Assembly: GCA_963828715.1 (NCBI GenBank)
Contig: CAWHFX010000019.1
Coordinates: forward strand, 146,734-210,733
Direction of reading: 5' to 3'
Source of the DNA: an uncultured beta proteobacterium
Lineage (GTDB): Bacteria > Pseudomonadota > Gammaproteobacteria > Burkholderiales > SG8-41
Length of the DNA stretch: 64,000 bases
Part shown: one piece after another, positions 18,589 through 29,036 of the stretch
How the letters are laid out: every line of letters begins with the position of its first letter
How positions within the stretch are numbered: position 1 is the stretch's first letter
The notes under the pieces: model-generated
The model's database searches: none
What the model saw: only the letters and a program-made list of their open reading frames with translations
Told to the model about the DNA's origin: nothing
Program-made: the position numbers and the translations under genes

Positions 18589-20220
18589 ATGTCCTCCGAC
18601 CTCCATTACCTCACGATCGCCGAAGCTGCTTCCCTCATCCGCACGGGCAAGCTCTCGCCCGTCGAGTTGACGGATACGCTTCTGCAGCGGATCGGAACGC
18701 TGGATCCGCAGTTGAATGCGTTCATCACGGTGACGGCCGAGCGGGCCCGCGACGATGCGAAGCGTGCAACGAGCGAGATCGCGGCCGGACGCTACCGCGG
18801 GCCGCTGCACGGTATTCCGTTCGCACTCAAGGACATCTACAACACGAAAGGAATACTCACGAGCGGAGGCTCGCGTATCGCAATCGACAATGTCCCGGAC
18901 GAGGACGCCGCGACGACCCGCAGGCTCATCGACGCCGGCGCGATCCTCACGGGCAAGCTGCAGACGCACGAGTTCGCTCACGGCGGACCGTCCTTCGACC
19001 TGCCGTGGCCGCCGGCTCGCAATCCCTGGAATCTCGCTCACTTCACGGGCGGCTCATCGAGCGGGTCCGGAGCCGCGCTTGCTGGAGGGCTCATTCCGGC
19101 ATCGCTCGGTTCAGACACGGGCGGCTCGATCCGCGGCCCGGCGTCGTTCTGCGGCATCACGGGATTCATGCCGACGTATGGGCTCGTGAGTCGATACGGC
19201 GTCATGCCGAATTCGTTCACGTTCGACCATTGTGGGCCGATGGCGCGCACGGTCGAAGATTGCACGCTCATCCTCCAGGCGATCGCGGGGCACGACCCGC
19301 GCGATGGCGGCAGCATCGAACAAGACATTCCCGATTACCGTGCGGCGCTCGAAGGCGACATCAAGGGCTTGCGCATCGGCGTCCTGCGTCACTACTGGGA
19401 AGAAGATCTGCCGGGGCCCCAAGACCAGCGGGTCGCGATGGAGAACGTCATCGACGTTTTCAGGTCGCTCGGCGCGAACGTGAGCGATGCACGCCTGAAG
19501 CCGGTGAGCGAGGGCATGGACATCAAGGTCGTCATTGCGGAGACCGAGCTCTTCGCGATCCATCATGCCGAGCTCATGAAGCGTCCGGGCCATTTCGGCC
19601 GCGACTTCCTCGGCCGCGTGCTCCCGGCGTGTCTCTTCCAGTCAGTCGACTACGTGCAGGCGTTGCGCGAGCACCGCCGTTACCTCGCCGACATGAAGCC
19701 GGTATTCGAAAAATACGACGTCCTGCTCACCAGTGGCTTCGGCCCGGCGCCGCGCCTGGATGCACACACCACTGCGAGCTTCTGGCGGCGATCGAATGTA
19801 TTCACGCCGTCGAATGTCGGGCGAACACCCGCACTCGTCATGTGCGGCGGCTTCTCGAAAAACGGCTTGCCGCTCGGGCTGCAGATCATCGGCAGAGCAC
19901 GCGACGATGCGCGCGTCCTGAAAGTGGGACATGCGTTTCAGATGGCGACCGATTGGCACAGGCGCCACCCCAAGCTCGAACCTGGGCAGCCGCAACCAGT
20001 GCTCACACCGAATAACGAACCCATACCCGCGCAACTCGACGCGCGGACCGTCGCCTTCATCGAGCAGATGGCGAGACGCGCCGGTCTCGATCTGGACGAG
20101 CGGCTGACGAACATCCTGCTCGAAACGGCGCCCTATGCGCTCGCGATGGCTGAACGTATCCGCAAACCACGCCGACGCATGGACGAGCCTTCGCTCGTTT
20201 TCAGGTTCGACGCGACGTGA
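18589..20220 (+). CDS. Amidase-signature (GatA/AtzE-like) amidase with C-terminal extension
   Basis: GPLHGIPFALKD, RNPW, GGSSSGS, GSDTGGSIRGPA (Ser-cisSer-Lys triad), GLPLGLQII. Confidence 0.92.
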   Translation: MSSDLHYLTIAEAASLIRTGKLSPVELTDTLLQRIGTLDPQLNAFITVTAERARDDAKRATSEIAAGRYRGPLHGIPFALKDIYNTKGILTSGGSRIAIDNVPDEDAATTRRLIDAGAILTGKLQTHEFAHGGPSFDLPWPPARNPWNLAHFTGGSSSGSGAALAGGLIPASLGSDTGGSIRGPASFCGITGFMPTYGLVSRYGVMPNSFTFDHCGPMARTVEDCTLILQAIAGHDPRDGGSIEQDIPDYRAALEGDIKGLRIGVLRHYWEEDLPGPQDQRVAMENVIDVFRSLGANVSDARLKPVSEGMDIKVVIAETELFAIHHAELMKRPGHFGRDFLGRVLPACLFQSVDYVQALREHRRYLADMKPVFEKYDVLLTSGFGPAPRLDAHTTASFWRRSNVFTPSNVGRTPALVMCGGFSKNGLPLGLQIIGRARDDARVLKVGHAFQMATDWHRRHPKLEPGQPQPVLTPNNEPIPAQLDARTVAFIEQMARRAGLDLDERLTNILLETAPYALAMAERIRKPRRRMDEPSLVFRFDAT

Positions 20221-20793
20221 TCGGCCAGTAGTGGATTGATCCGGTGGTCCCGTTCCAGGATGCGACTGAAGGTTCGTGTAGTTCTACCCCTGTTCGAGCT
20301 TTCGCTGCTCTGAATGGGCCGCCGATGGCGCCGCTTACACTCTTCGCCAGTTTCTGCTAATCTTCGCGCGGCTTCGGCTAGGTAATTTGTCACACTCTGC
20401 CCGAAGTTCTCCAGTGTCACATCGGTTCCGGCCTCACCCCTGTTTCATGTGTACGGCCACGAACCAGCATTGGCAAAAGTGCAAGGGAACGACAGCGCGC
20501 GCACGCGCGCTCCAGCTGTTCCTGCCGCAGTAGAACGTATTAGCAGTACGCGGTTGTCGCATCCGGCGCATTCGTCTCGCCTCGAATCGTGCGCGCCGTG
20601 CGCCTGCGTGCGCAAAGGGAGTGATCAGACCAGAAACGATCTCCAGCTTGATCGAGCTTTTCGGCGCGCGCCCGTTTGTGCCTCACGGCATGAGCGGCGT
20701 TTTAAGCAGCCACCTTTCGGCTTCTCACGACGCGGAGCGGTTCACGCCGCGCGATGGTCGCCGCACTCGAATCGGTACTTCATAACAGGAGTG

Positions 20794-22740
20794 ATGATGC
20801 AAACAAACCTTCAGAACAACGGACGACGCGATGGGAATAGCGGATCCGCCGGTCGATCCCTTCTGTTCCTGCTCGCGGCGTTTTTCTCGATTCTTGTCAG
20901 TCTTTCCGCGCCCCCAGCCACTGCTGCCGAAACCAGCCCGAACGGGACGCGCGGCAGTATCGTCGTCGATGGTGGCGGCACTGTCTGGTCGGTCGATGAT
21001 CAAGGGCACATTCTGCGTAATGGCGTATGGACAGGCGGCGCCGGCACCGAACTGCTGTTCGTCAACCTGTCCGTCTACGGTGTCGCACCTTGGGGCGTGT
21101 ACAGGTGGGATAACCTCAACGGCTGGATGATCATCGGCAACGATCCTGCGGCCGTGCTGGCTCTCGTAGCCGATGGCCGCTCGGTCTCCGACGGCGTGCG
21201 TCAGGTGGCGACGACCGGCTCCATTCAACGTGGTTCGAATCGACTGACGGTCGGCTCCGCCGGAGGCTTCAACGTCGGCGATTTCGTAATCGTGGAGATA
21301 GGAAACGAGCCGGGCCACGGCCAGCGCGGCACGCGCGGCGTCGGCGGCACATGGCCCGCCACCTCGTATCCCAGTGAGGCGCAGTTGTTCAGCGACGGTG
21401 GCCAGCAGAACGGCCTTTTCGCCTGGGCGGAGGACTCGGGCAACGTCTTTCAATGGGCGAACGGGAACTGGGTCTACATGGGAGACAATCGCGCCGGCGC
21501 CAAATTTCAAGGCTCGTATTACGTCGGTAAGGCAATTCCACGGTCGCTCCAGGCACAAATCGTCGCGATCAGCGGCAATACACTGACGCTCGATGCCGGT
21601 GCAGCGGAATCTGTGTCGGATGCGACTGTGTATCTGGATACGGCGCCGATCCTGAACAAGCTCATCGCAAACGGCTCGGCCCTCGCACTGCCCGCGGGCC
21701 GTTTTCCGGTTGGCGGCGTCGTGTGGGTGAACGGCAGAGGCGGCTTCGAGCTTGCGGGACAAGGCACGGACAGCACGACGATCTTTTCACCCAAGGGGGT
21801 CCCGTCAGCGCAGATTCAGGTAGTCGACTCGCCTAATTCCACGGTTCGCGATCTGACGCTGCAAGGCAACTTCCGCGATCAGGGTTTCGGCTTGAACTGG
21901 GGCGGCTCGACACCGGCGGGAACGGGTCAGCCCGTGACTGAAACCGACGTGCCCCTGGGCGCCGCGTTTCCGCGCGGAATCCTGTTCATTTCGAACAGCC
22001 AGAACGGCGTTGCGCAGGACCTGCGTGTGATCGACGTCGCACAACAAGCGCTCGGTGTGATTTACGCCGAAAACGTATGGGGGCGCAGGATCGAAAACAT
22101 TCAGAACGATCTTCTGCGCTCGTACGTGACGTGGCAGTACCAGTGGGTCGATACGCAAGGCGGGGGATGTGAGGATTGCCAAGTGCGCAGCACCTACGTC
22201 ATCCCCGGTTTCGAGGCCTTCAGGACGAGTGGCGTGCAGTTCATCCGACCGAAAGGCCAGAATGCGCTGTTCGCGTTGAATGGCTCGGGGCCGTGGATGG
22301 TGGTCGACGCAGATCTGCGTTTCACTGCGAACAGTCTGCATCCCGAGTCGGACCCGCTGGCCGCATCCTATTCTCAGCCGATTCTCAACGTGAACACGAA
22401 TGCCGGCATCACGTCGCAGAGCACCGCGGGCGGCACCATACGCAACGTAACGATCACTCAGGAAGACTATCTGAACGCGGCGGGGGACAACCTGATCGGT
22501 ATCTACGTCAACGAAAGCAATCCGAATATCCGCATCGAAAGCAGCGCGTATTCAGCGCCGGACTACAGGGACACGAGCGCGGCGTACGGCGCGGTCGGGC
22601 TGTATTCGAAAGGCGTCAACACGACTGTTAACGGGATGACCGTCGTCGGCAAGGCGCGGCCGCAATATCCCAACATCGTCCTCGAGCGGGGAAGCGGCCA
22701 AGGCTGTTCCGCCCAGCTCGTTCAGGGTTGCGCGCCCTAG
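20794..22740 (+). CDS. Secreted protein with right-handed beta-helix (pectate-lyase-3/tailspike-like) domain
   Basis: AGGAG RBS before ATG 20794; signal peptide ending ATA-A; DTAPILNKLI...LPAGRF...LAGQGTDSTTIF...VRDLTLQG beta-helix entry motif; G/N/S/T-rich. Confidence 0.7.
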   Translation: MMQTNLQNNGRRDGNSGSAGRSLLFLLAAFFSILVSLSAPPATAAETSPNGTRGSIVVDGGGTVWSVDDQGHILRNGVWTGGAGTELLFVNLSVYGVAPWGVYRWDNLNGWMIIGNDPAAVLALVADGRSVSDGVRQVATTGSIQRGSNRLTVGSAGGFNVGDFVIVEIGNEPGHGQRGTRGVGGTWPATSYPSEAQLFSDGGQQNGLFAWAEDSGNVFQWANGNWVYMGDNRAGAKFQGSYYVGKAIPRSLQAQIVAISGNTLTLDAGAAESVSDATVYLDTAPILNKLIANGSALALPAGRFPVGGVVWVNGRGGFELAGQGTDSTTIFSPKGVPSAQIQVVDSPNSTVRDLTLQGNFRDQGFGLNWGGSTPAGTGQPVTETDVPLGAAFPRGILFISNSQNGVAQDLRVIDVAQQALGVIYAENVWGRRIENIQNDLLRSYVTWQYQWVDTQGGGCEDCQVRSTYVIPGFEAFRTSGVQFIRPKGQNALFALNGSGPWMVVDADLRFTANSLHPESDPLAASYSQPILNVNTNAGITSQSTAGGTIRNVTITQEDYLNAAGDNLIGIYVNESNPNIRIESSAYSAPDYRDTSAAYGAVGLYSKGVNTTVNGMTVVGKARPQYPNIVLERGSGQGCSAQLVQGCAP

Positions 22741-22876
22741 CACCTTCAGGCGTCGCGCAACTGCAGCCAGTGCTGCTGCCGGTCAGGTGCTGCCACAATC
22801 AGAGCGCTTGACCGGCGCCAGCCAGCATGCGGCTGAAGCAGTAGGGACATCCGTATCTGATTCAGGACGGTGTGCT

Positions 22877-23842
22877 TCAGGTCGTCGCGTCGGCCGTGAG
22901 CCCGATCGCGCGGATCACCTTGCCCCACTTTGCGCTTTCGCGGCGCACATGGGCCGCGAACTGCTCGGGTGAGCCGCTCGCGACTTCACCGCCGAGTGCG
23001 CCCAGGCGCTCACGCGCATCGGCGGCGGCGAGACCTTTCGCAATCGTGTTGTTCAGCCTTTCGACGATCGTCGCCGGCGTTCCGGCCGGCACCAGGACAC
23101 CGAACCAGCCGCTCGCTTCGTAGCCGGGAACACCGGACTCCGCGATCGTCGGCATTCCCGGAAGCAGGCTCGAACGCCGCTCCGACGTGACAGCGAGCGC
23201 GTGCATGCGGCCCGACTTCACGTGCGGCAGCAGCGTGCTGAGGTCACCCGACATCATCTGTGTCTGCCCGCTGATGAGATCGGTCGCCGCCGGAGCGACA
23301 CCTTTGTACGGCACGTGCGTGACGGAGATGCCCGTCATCGACTTCAGCAACTCGTTCGCGAGATGCGTGGTCGAGCCGTTGCCGGGCGACCCGTAGTTCA
23401 ACTGCCCCGGCCGGGACTTCGCGAGAGCGATCAAGTCTTTCACCGAGCGCACGGGCAGCGCCGGGTGCGTCACCAGCAGAAACGGCATGACGGTCACCAG
23501 CGCTACGGGTGCGAAATCTCGGACCGCGTCGTAGGGCAGCTTCGGATAGAGATGCGGGTTGATGGCAAGCGGTCCGTTACTGCCGAGGAGCAACGTGTGT
23601 CCGTCGGGAGGGGATTTCGCGGCAAGCTCCGCGCCGATGCTGCCCGCCGCGCCGGTGCGATTGTCCACGACCACTGTCTGGCCGAGCGCTTCGGTCAGCT
23701 TCTGCGCCACGGTGCGCGCGACGAGATCGCTTCCACCGCCTGCTGCGAAAGGCACGATGAAACGCACTGGCTTGGTGGGATAGGTCTGGGCAAGTGCAGG
23801 CAACGCCGCACACGCGAGGATGAGGGCGAGGATTCTGTTCAC
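22877..23842 (-). CDS. Bug/TctC substrate-binding protein
   Basis: GTG 23842; YPTKPVRFIVPFAAGGGSD, PDGHTL, HVPYKG. Confidence 0.93.
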   Translation of the reverse strand: MNRILALILACAALPALAQTYPTKPVRFIVPFAAGGGSDLVARTVAQKLTEALGQTVVVDNRTGAAGSIGAELAAKSPPDGHTLLLGSNGPLAINPHLYPKLPYDAVRDFAPVALVTVMPFLLVTHPALPVRSVKDLIALAKSRPGQLNYGSPGNGSTTHLANELLKSMTGISVTHVPYKGVAPAATDLISGQTQMMSGDLSTLLPHVKSGRMHALAVTSERRSSLLPGMPTIAESGVPGYEASGWFGVLVPAGTPATIVERLNNTIAKGLAAADARERLGALGGEVASGSPEQFAAHVRRESAKWGKVIRAIGLTADATT

Positions 23843-23922
23843 GTGGTATGCACCCGAAGAGGTTCTGCCATTTCGCTGCGACCGGGGCGGCATTTGATTC
23901 TACAAACTCACCCGCTCTCGTC

Positions 23923-25226
23923 TCACGCCGTACTCGCAATGGCCGCACGACGACCGCGCGCAACGTCGATCGTAGCGAGGATGCCGAGACCGATGACAAA
24001 ATAGCTGCCCGTGACCAGGATTGCGAGCCGGTGATTGCCCTGCGTCACCCAGGTTACGACACCGTATGTGATGGGGCCCAGAATGGCCGAGAGCTTCACG
24101 GCAAGACCCCACAAGCCGAAGTATTCGCCGGTTCGTGCCGGCGGACTGAGGTACCGACGAGCGCACGACCCGCGGACTGACTCGAGCCGAGACACAGGCC
24201 CACCAGATTGGCGTTCACCCAGAACAGCAGCCGGCTTTCCGCAGCCCATGCGATCAGCACGACTGCAATCCATCCGAGGAGGGTTGCCACGATCGTGCGC
24301 ACGTGTCCAAGCCGATCCTGGAACTGTCCGAAGAAAAATGCGCCGGCAGATGCGGTGACGTTAACGACGAGAATCAGGATCAGCGTTTCGGCTGTCGTGA
24401 AGCCCATCGCCTCCTGCGCGTAGATGGCGGCCAGCGCGATCACGGCCTGAATACCGGCCTGGTAAAAGACGATGCACACGAGGAAGCGTGCGAGGTCCTC
24501 ATGCTCGCGCGCGTGTCGCAGCGTGTCCCGAAGGCGGGCGAACGTATCGCCCACGAGCGGGGCCGGTACGCGATCGGGTCGTGCACGTTCCCGCAGGAAC
24601 AGAAACGTCGGCACGCTGGCCAGCGCGAAAACGCCTGCCGTCAGCAGCATGGTCACGGGCACGAACGCTGTCGCCCCGGCGCCGGATGCCTGCGCGTGGG
24701 TGACGTACGCGAGGCATACGCCGAGGCTTACGAGTCCACCGATATAGCCGAGACTCCAGCCCCAACCCGATATGCGCCCCATCGACTCTTCTTTCGCAAG
24801 CTCGGGAAGAAAGGCGGCGATGAGGTTCTCTCCCAGTCCGAAGAAGAAGTTCGAGAGCACGATGCATGCGACGCCCAACGCGACATCGCCGCGTCCCACG
24901 AGCGCGAGCGCTGCAGTGAAGAGAACGCAGCCGCACGTCGTACCGAAGAGCAGGCGCTTCTTCGCCGCGTGCGCGTCCGCATACGCGCCGAGCGGCGGAC
25001 CCGCGAGCATGATGCCGACGTACGACACGGCAAGCGCGACGGTCCAGGCGAACGTTGCCCAGGCCGCATTGCGCGCGACCTCCGCCACGAAATACGCATT
25101 GAAAACAGCGGTGATGACGACCGTCGTGTAGCCGGAGTTCGCGAAGTCGTACATCGCCCAGGCCCAGACCTCGAGCCGCGAAACACCGGGCGCGAGAGAC
25201 GTATCGAGGCGGCTGGCCTCAAACAC
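23923..25226 (-). CDS. MFS transporter (UMF1/ATG22-like), frameshifted near 24155
   Basis: WAMYDFANSGYTTVVIT...SSQSAGRALVG continues in another frame as YLSPPARTGEYFGLWGLAVKLSAILGP. Confidence 0.85.
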
Positions 25227-25298
25227 GTGCGGCGCGCGAATCCGCGCGGGCGGCCTGCCTCGCGCTGGGCCCCGTGTCGCACCCGGCAGTGGACAGCC

Positions 25299-26465
25299 TC
25301 ATGCCTCGACGCGAAAACGACGGACGGCGTCCTCATCCACCTCGACGCCAAGTCCTGGGCCCTCGGGACAGTCCACACTGCCGCCCGACTGCCTGAGCGG
25401 CTGCGTCACCAGATCGGCGGTGATGTAGTGATTGTTGATATTGATGCCCCAGTCGAGATTCGGAACGGTGTAACCGAGGTGGGTCAGTGCCGCCACGGCG
25501 ATGCTCGATTCGCCCGTCTTGCTGGCGAGATTGATCGCGAGTCCGAGCGTATGGCTCACGGTCGCGGCGCGCAGCGTGGGAACCATGCCGCCGAGCTTGA
25601 TCGTCTTGAGGTTCACACCGGCAATCGCGCCGGCGCGCTGCCAGTCCATGATGCTCTCGACGCTGTGCGCCGATTCGTCCGCGCACAACGCGATCGGGCT
25701 CACGCGCGCAAGGGCCAGCGTATTGGCGAGATCGTTATCGCGAAACGGCTGTTCGAGATACAGCAGATCGGCATCCGCCGCGCCGCGAGCGAATTTGCGC
25801 GCGTTCGGTACGCTCATGCCCATGTTCGCGTCGGCGCATAACAGCGCGTCGGGACCCAGCGCCGCACGCAAGGCGTGTGCGGCTTCGATCTCCTGGTCGA
25901 CCGGCTTCACGCCCACCTTGAGCTTGAAATACGTGTAACCCTCGGCTCGCTTCTTCCGCGCTTCGGCGATGTCCTCTTCGATATCGGGATTGCCGAGCTG
26001 CGCCAGCGCGAGCAGACGCTCGCGCGCCTTGCCTCCGAGGAGTTGCACCACCGGCACGCCGTAATGCTTGCCGACGAGGTCGTGGAGTGCGATATCGCAG
26101 GCCGCCTTCGCACCGGTGTTGCCGATGATCGCTTCGTCGAGCACGCGCGAGAGCCGAATTCGGTGGAGCGCACTCTGGCCTACCAACCGGGGCGCGAGAT
26201 GCTTCTCTACTGCCTCCCTCATCGCAGGCAGCGTATCGCCGGTCATGACGGGCGCTGCGGAGGCTTCGCCCCAGCCGACGATGCCGCTGCTCGCCTCGAT
26301 GCGGACGATCAGCGATTCCGAATGCTCGATCTTCTGACCGCCGCCCATGAGGACTGGTTTCAAGAACGGTATCGCGACCGGGATCGCTTCGACACTGCGA
26401 ACGACGAGCACAGCGGAGGTCCGTTCAGGAGTGCACTGCGTTGCGCCCTTCGGCACGGCGTTCAT
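25299..26465 (-). CDS. Enolase superfamily, muconate cycloisomerase/dipeptide epimerase subgroup
   Basis: GWGEA, DIALHDL, FKLKVG, ADAN, LEQP, ADES, NLKTIKLGG, GPGLGVEVD; start approximate. Confidence 0.88.
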   Translation of the reverse strand: MNAVPKGATQCTPERTSAVLVVRSVEAIPVAIPFLKPVLMGGGQKIEHSESLIVRIEASSGIVGWGEASAAPVMTGDTLPAMREAVEKHLAPRLVGQSALHRIRLSRVLDEAIIGNTGAKAACDIALHDLVGKHYGVPVVQLLGGKARERLLALAQLGNPDIEEDIAEARKKRAEGYTYFKLKVGVKPVDQEIEAAHALRAALGPDALLCADANMGMSVPNARKFARGAADADLLYLEQPFRDNDLANTLALARVSPIALCADESAHSVESIMDWQRAGAIAGVNLKTIKLGGMVPTLRAATVSHTLGLAINLASKTGESSIAVAALTHLGYTVPNLDWGININNHYITADLVTQPLRQSGGSVDCPEGPGLGVEVDEDAVRRFRVEA

Positions 26466-26487
26466 CACGCTTTCCGGCACGCCGCCG

Positions 26488-27267
26488 TCACGCTTCCGGC
26501 AGCAGGTAGTAGCGCCGCTTGGCGTGCTCGAGCTCCTGCCGCACGATGGCAAGCTCGTCCGCGGAAGGCTCGGGCAGCACTTCGACCTCAGCCGCCCGAA
26601 CCGGCCAGCCGAAGGCGGCCTTCGCGTCCTCGAGCTTCACACCCGCGTGCAGCGACGCGAGATACAGCTCCCCGTTATCATCGAACTTGCAGATGCCGAG
26701 CGGATTCACGAGAGCCTTGGGACCGGTCCCTGCCTTGTACCCGAGCTTCGTACGTTCGCGTGCACCCTCGAGATAGCCCGGGCTGGTGATGTAATCGACG
26801 CGTTCGGGATAACTGCGGCGGTTAGTGCTGGCATTCACGAGCACGAGCCCGCGGCCGATGCTGCCGAGCTCCGTACCGCCGCCCGACCCTGGCAAGCGCA
26901 CGCGAGGTTTCCTATACGGCCCAACCGCCGTGGTGTTCACGTTGCCGAAGCGGTCCACGATCGGCGCCTCGAGCACCGTCGTTTGGACCCGGCCCGAACC
27001 GAGCCACATGTACAGCGCATCGAGACTCGTCGCGCACGTGGTCGCGCCCTCCGCGGCGACGAGGTCGCACGGCGATGTCGGAAACACCGATGTCAGGCGA
27101 TCTTCGACGATGCCGTTCTCGTACACGATGATCGCATCGGGTGCGTGCAGGCGCCGGGCGACGCGCGCCATCACCATCGGCCAGTGGAAGCCGACGAAGT
27201 GAACGGACCCGTTCGCGATGGTGCGCGAGCCGGTGACCAGCATTTTCTCGAAGAGCGACGCAGCCAT
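26488..27267 (-). CDS. CoA-transferase beta subunit (GctB/CatJ-type)
   Basis: IVYENG (catalytic Glu), VDRFGNVNTT, RLPGSGGG, VDYITSPG; TGATG overlap with the alpha subunit. Confidence 0.88.
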   Translation of the reverse strand: MAASLFEKMLVTGSRTIANGSVHFVGFHWPMVMARVARRLHAPDAIIVYENGIVEDRLTSVFPTSPCDLVAAEGATTCATSLDALYMWLGSGRVQTTVLEAPIVDRFGNVNTTAVGPYRKPRVRLPGSGGGTELGSIGRGLVLVNASTNRRSYPERVDYITSPGYLEGARERTKLGYKAGTGPKALVNPLGICKFDDNGELYLASLHAGVKLEDAKAAFGWPVRAAEVEVLPEPSADELAIVRQELEHAKRRYYLLPEA

Positions 27268-28181
27268 CACCAGTGCCTCTCGCGGACGGTCAGTTCGGCG
27301 ACGCGCTCCGCACCCAGCTTCTGCACGAAGCCGGCGTGATTGCCGGTGCCGATCACCCACTCGTCGACATAGCGCTGAAAACCCTCTTCGGTTTTCGTCA
27401 TCTCACCGTAGAGCGCATGATGGGCGAGATCCCGCAGGTAGTAGCCGTACGAATCCGTCGGATGCGCAGCCCACGGCTCGACGACGATCGCTTCCACCAT
27501 GAAGCCGGGCGCGACCGTCGCTTCAGGATGCTCTCGAACGCGCTCCGTATCGACGATCTCTTCGGCGATCACGATCAGCTTGCGGCATGCCGCCATCGCG
27601 TAGCGGAATTCGCCCGTCGGCCCGAACATCTGCGCGTTGCCGTATACGTCGGCGCGGTGCACGTGAAAGAAGCCGAGCGCGGGCTTGAGCGGCGGCACCA
27701 CGCACACGGGTCCGCTGCCGAACGGATCTTCGACTACACCGAATTTCTGCTGCATGAACCCGCGCTGCGTAAAGTGGCCCGCGCCCTGCACCGGTGTCGT
27801 CGGCATGAACGGCAGATCGCAGGCGCCCGCCATCAGCGCCATGGTGAATGCGCCGTACGAAAGCTCTTCGATGTCGATCGAGTGCGGCTTCTCCTGCTCC
27901 AGCGCGCGGCGGAAGCAATGCGCCGCGACCGGGCCAACCGAGTTCCAGACGTGGCAGGAGAGCAGGCGTTTTACGCAACCCGCGCCGACGAGCTGATCGA
28001 CGAGCACGCCGCCGGACGTCTTCATGACGAAGAGATCCCGCCTGCGCTGGCGGATCAACTCGTGCGCAAGCGCCGTCGGATCGCTGAACGCAAAGCCGCC
28101 GATCAGAAGCTCCTGACCATCGGGCACGTAGCGGGCGACGGCTTCCCGCATCGTCAGGACCGGTTTTTCGACAGCACTCAC
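27267..28181 (-). CDS. CoA-transferase alpha subunit (GctA/CatI-type)
   Basis: YVPDG, GGF, HELIRQ, DQLVGAG, LPFMP, HVHRADVYGN, EEIV, AHPT. Confidence 0.9.
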   Translation of the reverse strand: MSAVEKPVLTMREAVARYVPDGQELLIGGFAFSDPTALAHELIRQRRRDLFVMKTSGGVLVDQLVGAGCVKRLLSCHVWNSVGPVAAHCFRRALEQEKPHSIDIEELSYGAFTMALMAGACDLPFMPTTPVQGAGHFTQRGFMQQKFGVVEDPFGSGPVCVVPPLKPALGFFHVHRADVYGNAQMFGPTGEFRYAMAACRKLIVIAEEIVDTERVREHPEATVAPGFMVEAIVVEPWAAHPTDSYGYYLRDLAHHALYGEMTKTEEGFQRYVDEWVIGTGNHAGFVQKLGAERVAELTVRERHW

Positions 28182-28241
28182 GCGTTCACCATCTCGTACG
28201 CAATGAGCCGATGTTAACGCACGGAACGGCGGCCCGCCTGC

Positions 28242-29018
28242 TCACCACGCGAGCGCGCCCCCGTCCACCGGGATGATCGCACCGGTGATGAAGTTCGATG
28301 CGTCGGAAGCGAGCAGCACTGCAGTGCCTTTCAGGTCGTCCGGCCCGCCGGTGCGCCCGAGCGGAATGTCGCGATCGATCAGCTCCTTCTTCTGCAGATA
28401 CAGCTTCTCGTTCAGCGGCGTCACAAAAAAGCCCGGGCAGATGCAGTTCACATTGATGTTGTGCTGCGCCCACTTCACCGCGAGATCGCGCGTGAAATTG
28501 ACGAGCGCACCTTTGCTCGAGCCGTACGCGATGGAGTTGTACGTATCCGACTTGCGTCCGACCACGCCCGCGACCGAGGCGATGTTGACGATCTTGCCGC
28601 GCTTCACCTTGATCATCTCCCGGCCGAGCGCCTGACAGCAGAGGAACGGCCCGGTGATGTTGAGATCGAACACCTGCTGCCAGCGCTCGACCGGCGTATC
28701 TTCCGGCGAGGCGACCCAGGCCCGGCCGGCGTTGTTGAAGAGCGCATCGACGCGTCCGAAATGTTGCATTACGGTCGACTTCATGGCTTCGACGTCGGCC
28801 TGCTTCGTGACGTCGCAGCGCACTGCGAGCACCTTGACGCCCGCCTTTTCGATCTCGTGCGCGGCCTGTTCGCAGGCTTCCAGCTTGCGTGAGGCGATCA
28901 CGATGTTCGAGCCCGCTTCGGCGAGGCCCAGCGCCATCTGGAAGCCAAGGCCGGACGCGCCGCCGGTGACGACGCTGACGCGTCCTTCCAGGTTCATCAA
29001 TTCCTGAATGCTCGCCAC
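28242..29018 (-). CDS. SDR family oxidoreductase
   Basis: TGGASGLG, NNAG, NIAS, YGSSKG, NCICPG, IPLGR, VDGG. Confidence 0.93.
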   Translation of the reverse strand: MASIQELMNLEGRVSVVTGGASGLGFQMALGLAEAGSNIVIASRKLEACEQAAHEIEKAGVKVLAVRCDVTKQADVEAMKSTVMQHFGRVDALFNNAGRAWVASPEDTPVERWQQVFDLNITGPFLCCQALGREMIKVKRGKIVNIASVAGVVGRKSDTYNSIAYGSSKGALVNFTRDLAVKWAQHNINVNCICPGFFVTPLNEKLYLQKKELIDRDIPLGRTGGPDDLKGTAVLLASDASNFITGAIIPVDGGALAW

Positions 29019-29036
29019 GACTTCTCCCGAGAGTGC

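Noticed and set aside
20454..20485. Sigma-54 promoter for the beta-helix gene
   Set aside because: TTGGCAAAAGTGCA has the wrong GG-GC spacing; CGGCCACGAACCAGCA has the spacing but poor consensus
22746..22870. Short minus-strand frame MSLLLQPHAGWRRSSALIVAAPDRQQHWLQLRDA as a gene remnant
   Set aside because: Too short, with no convincing family motif or RBS
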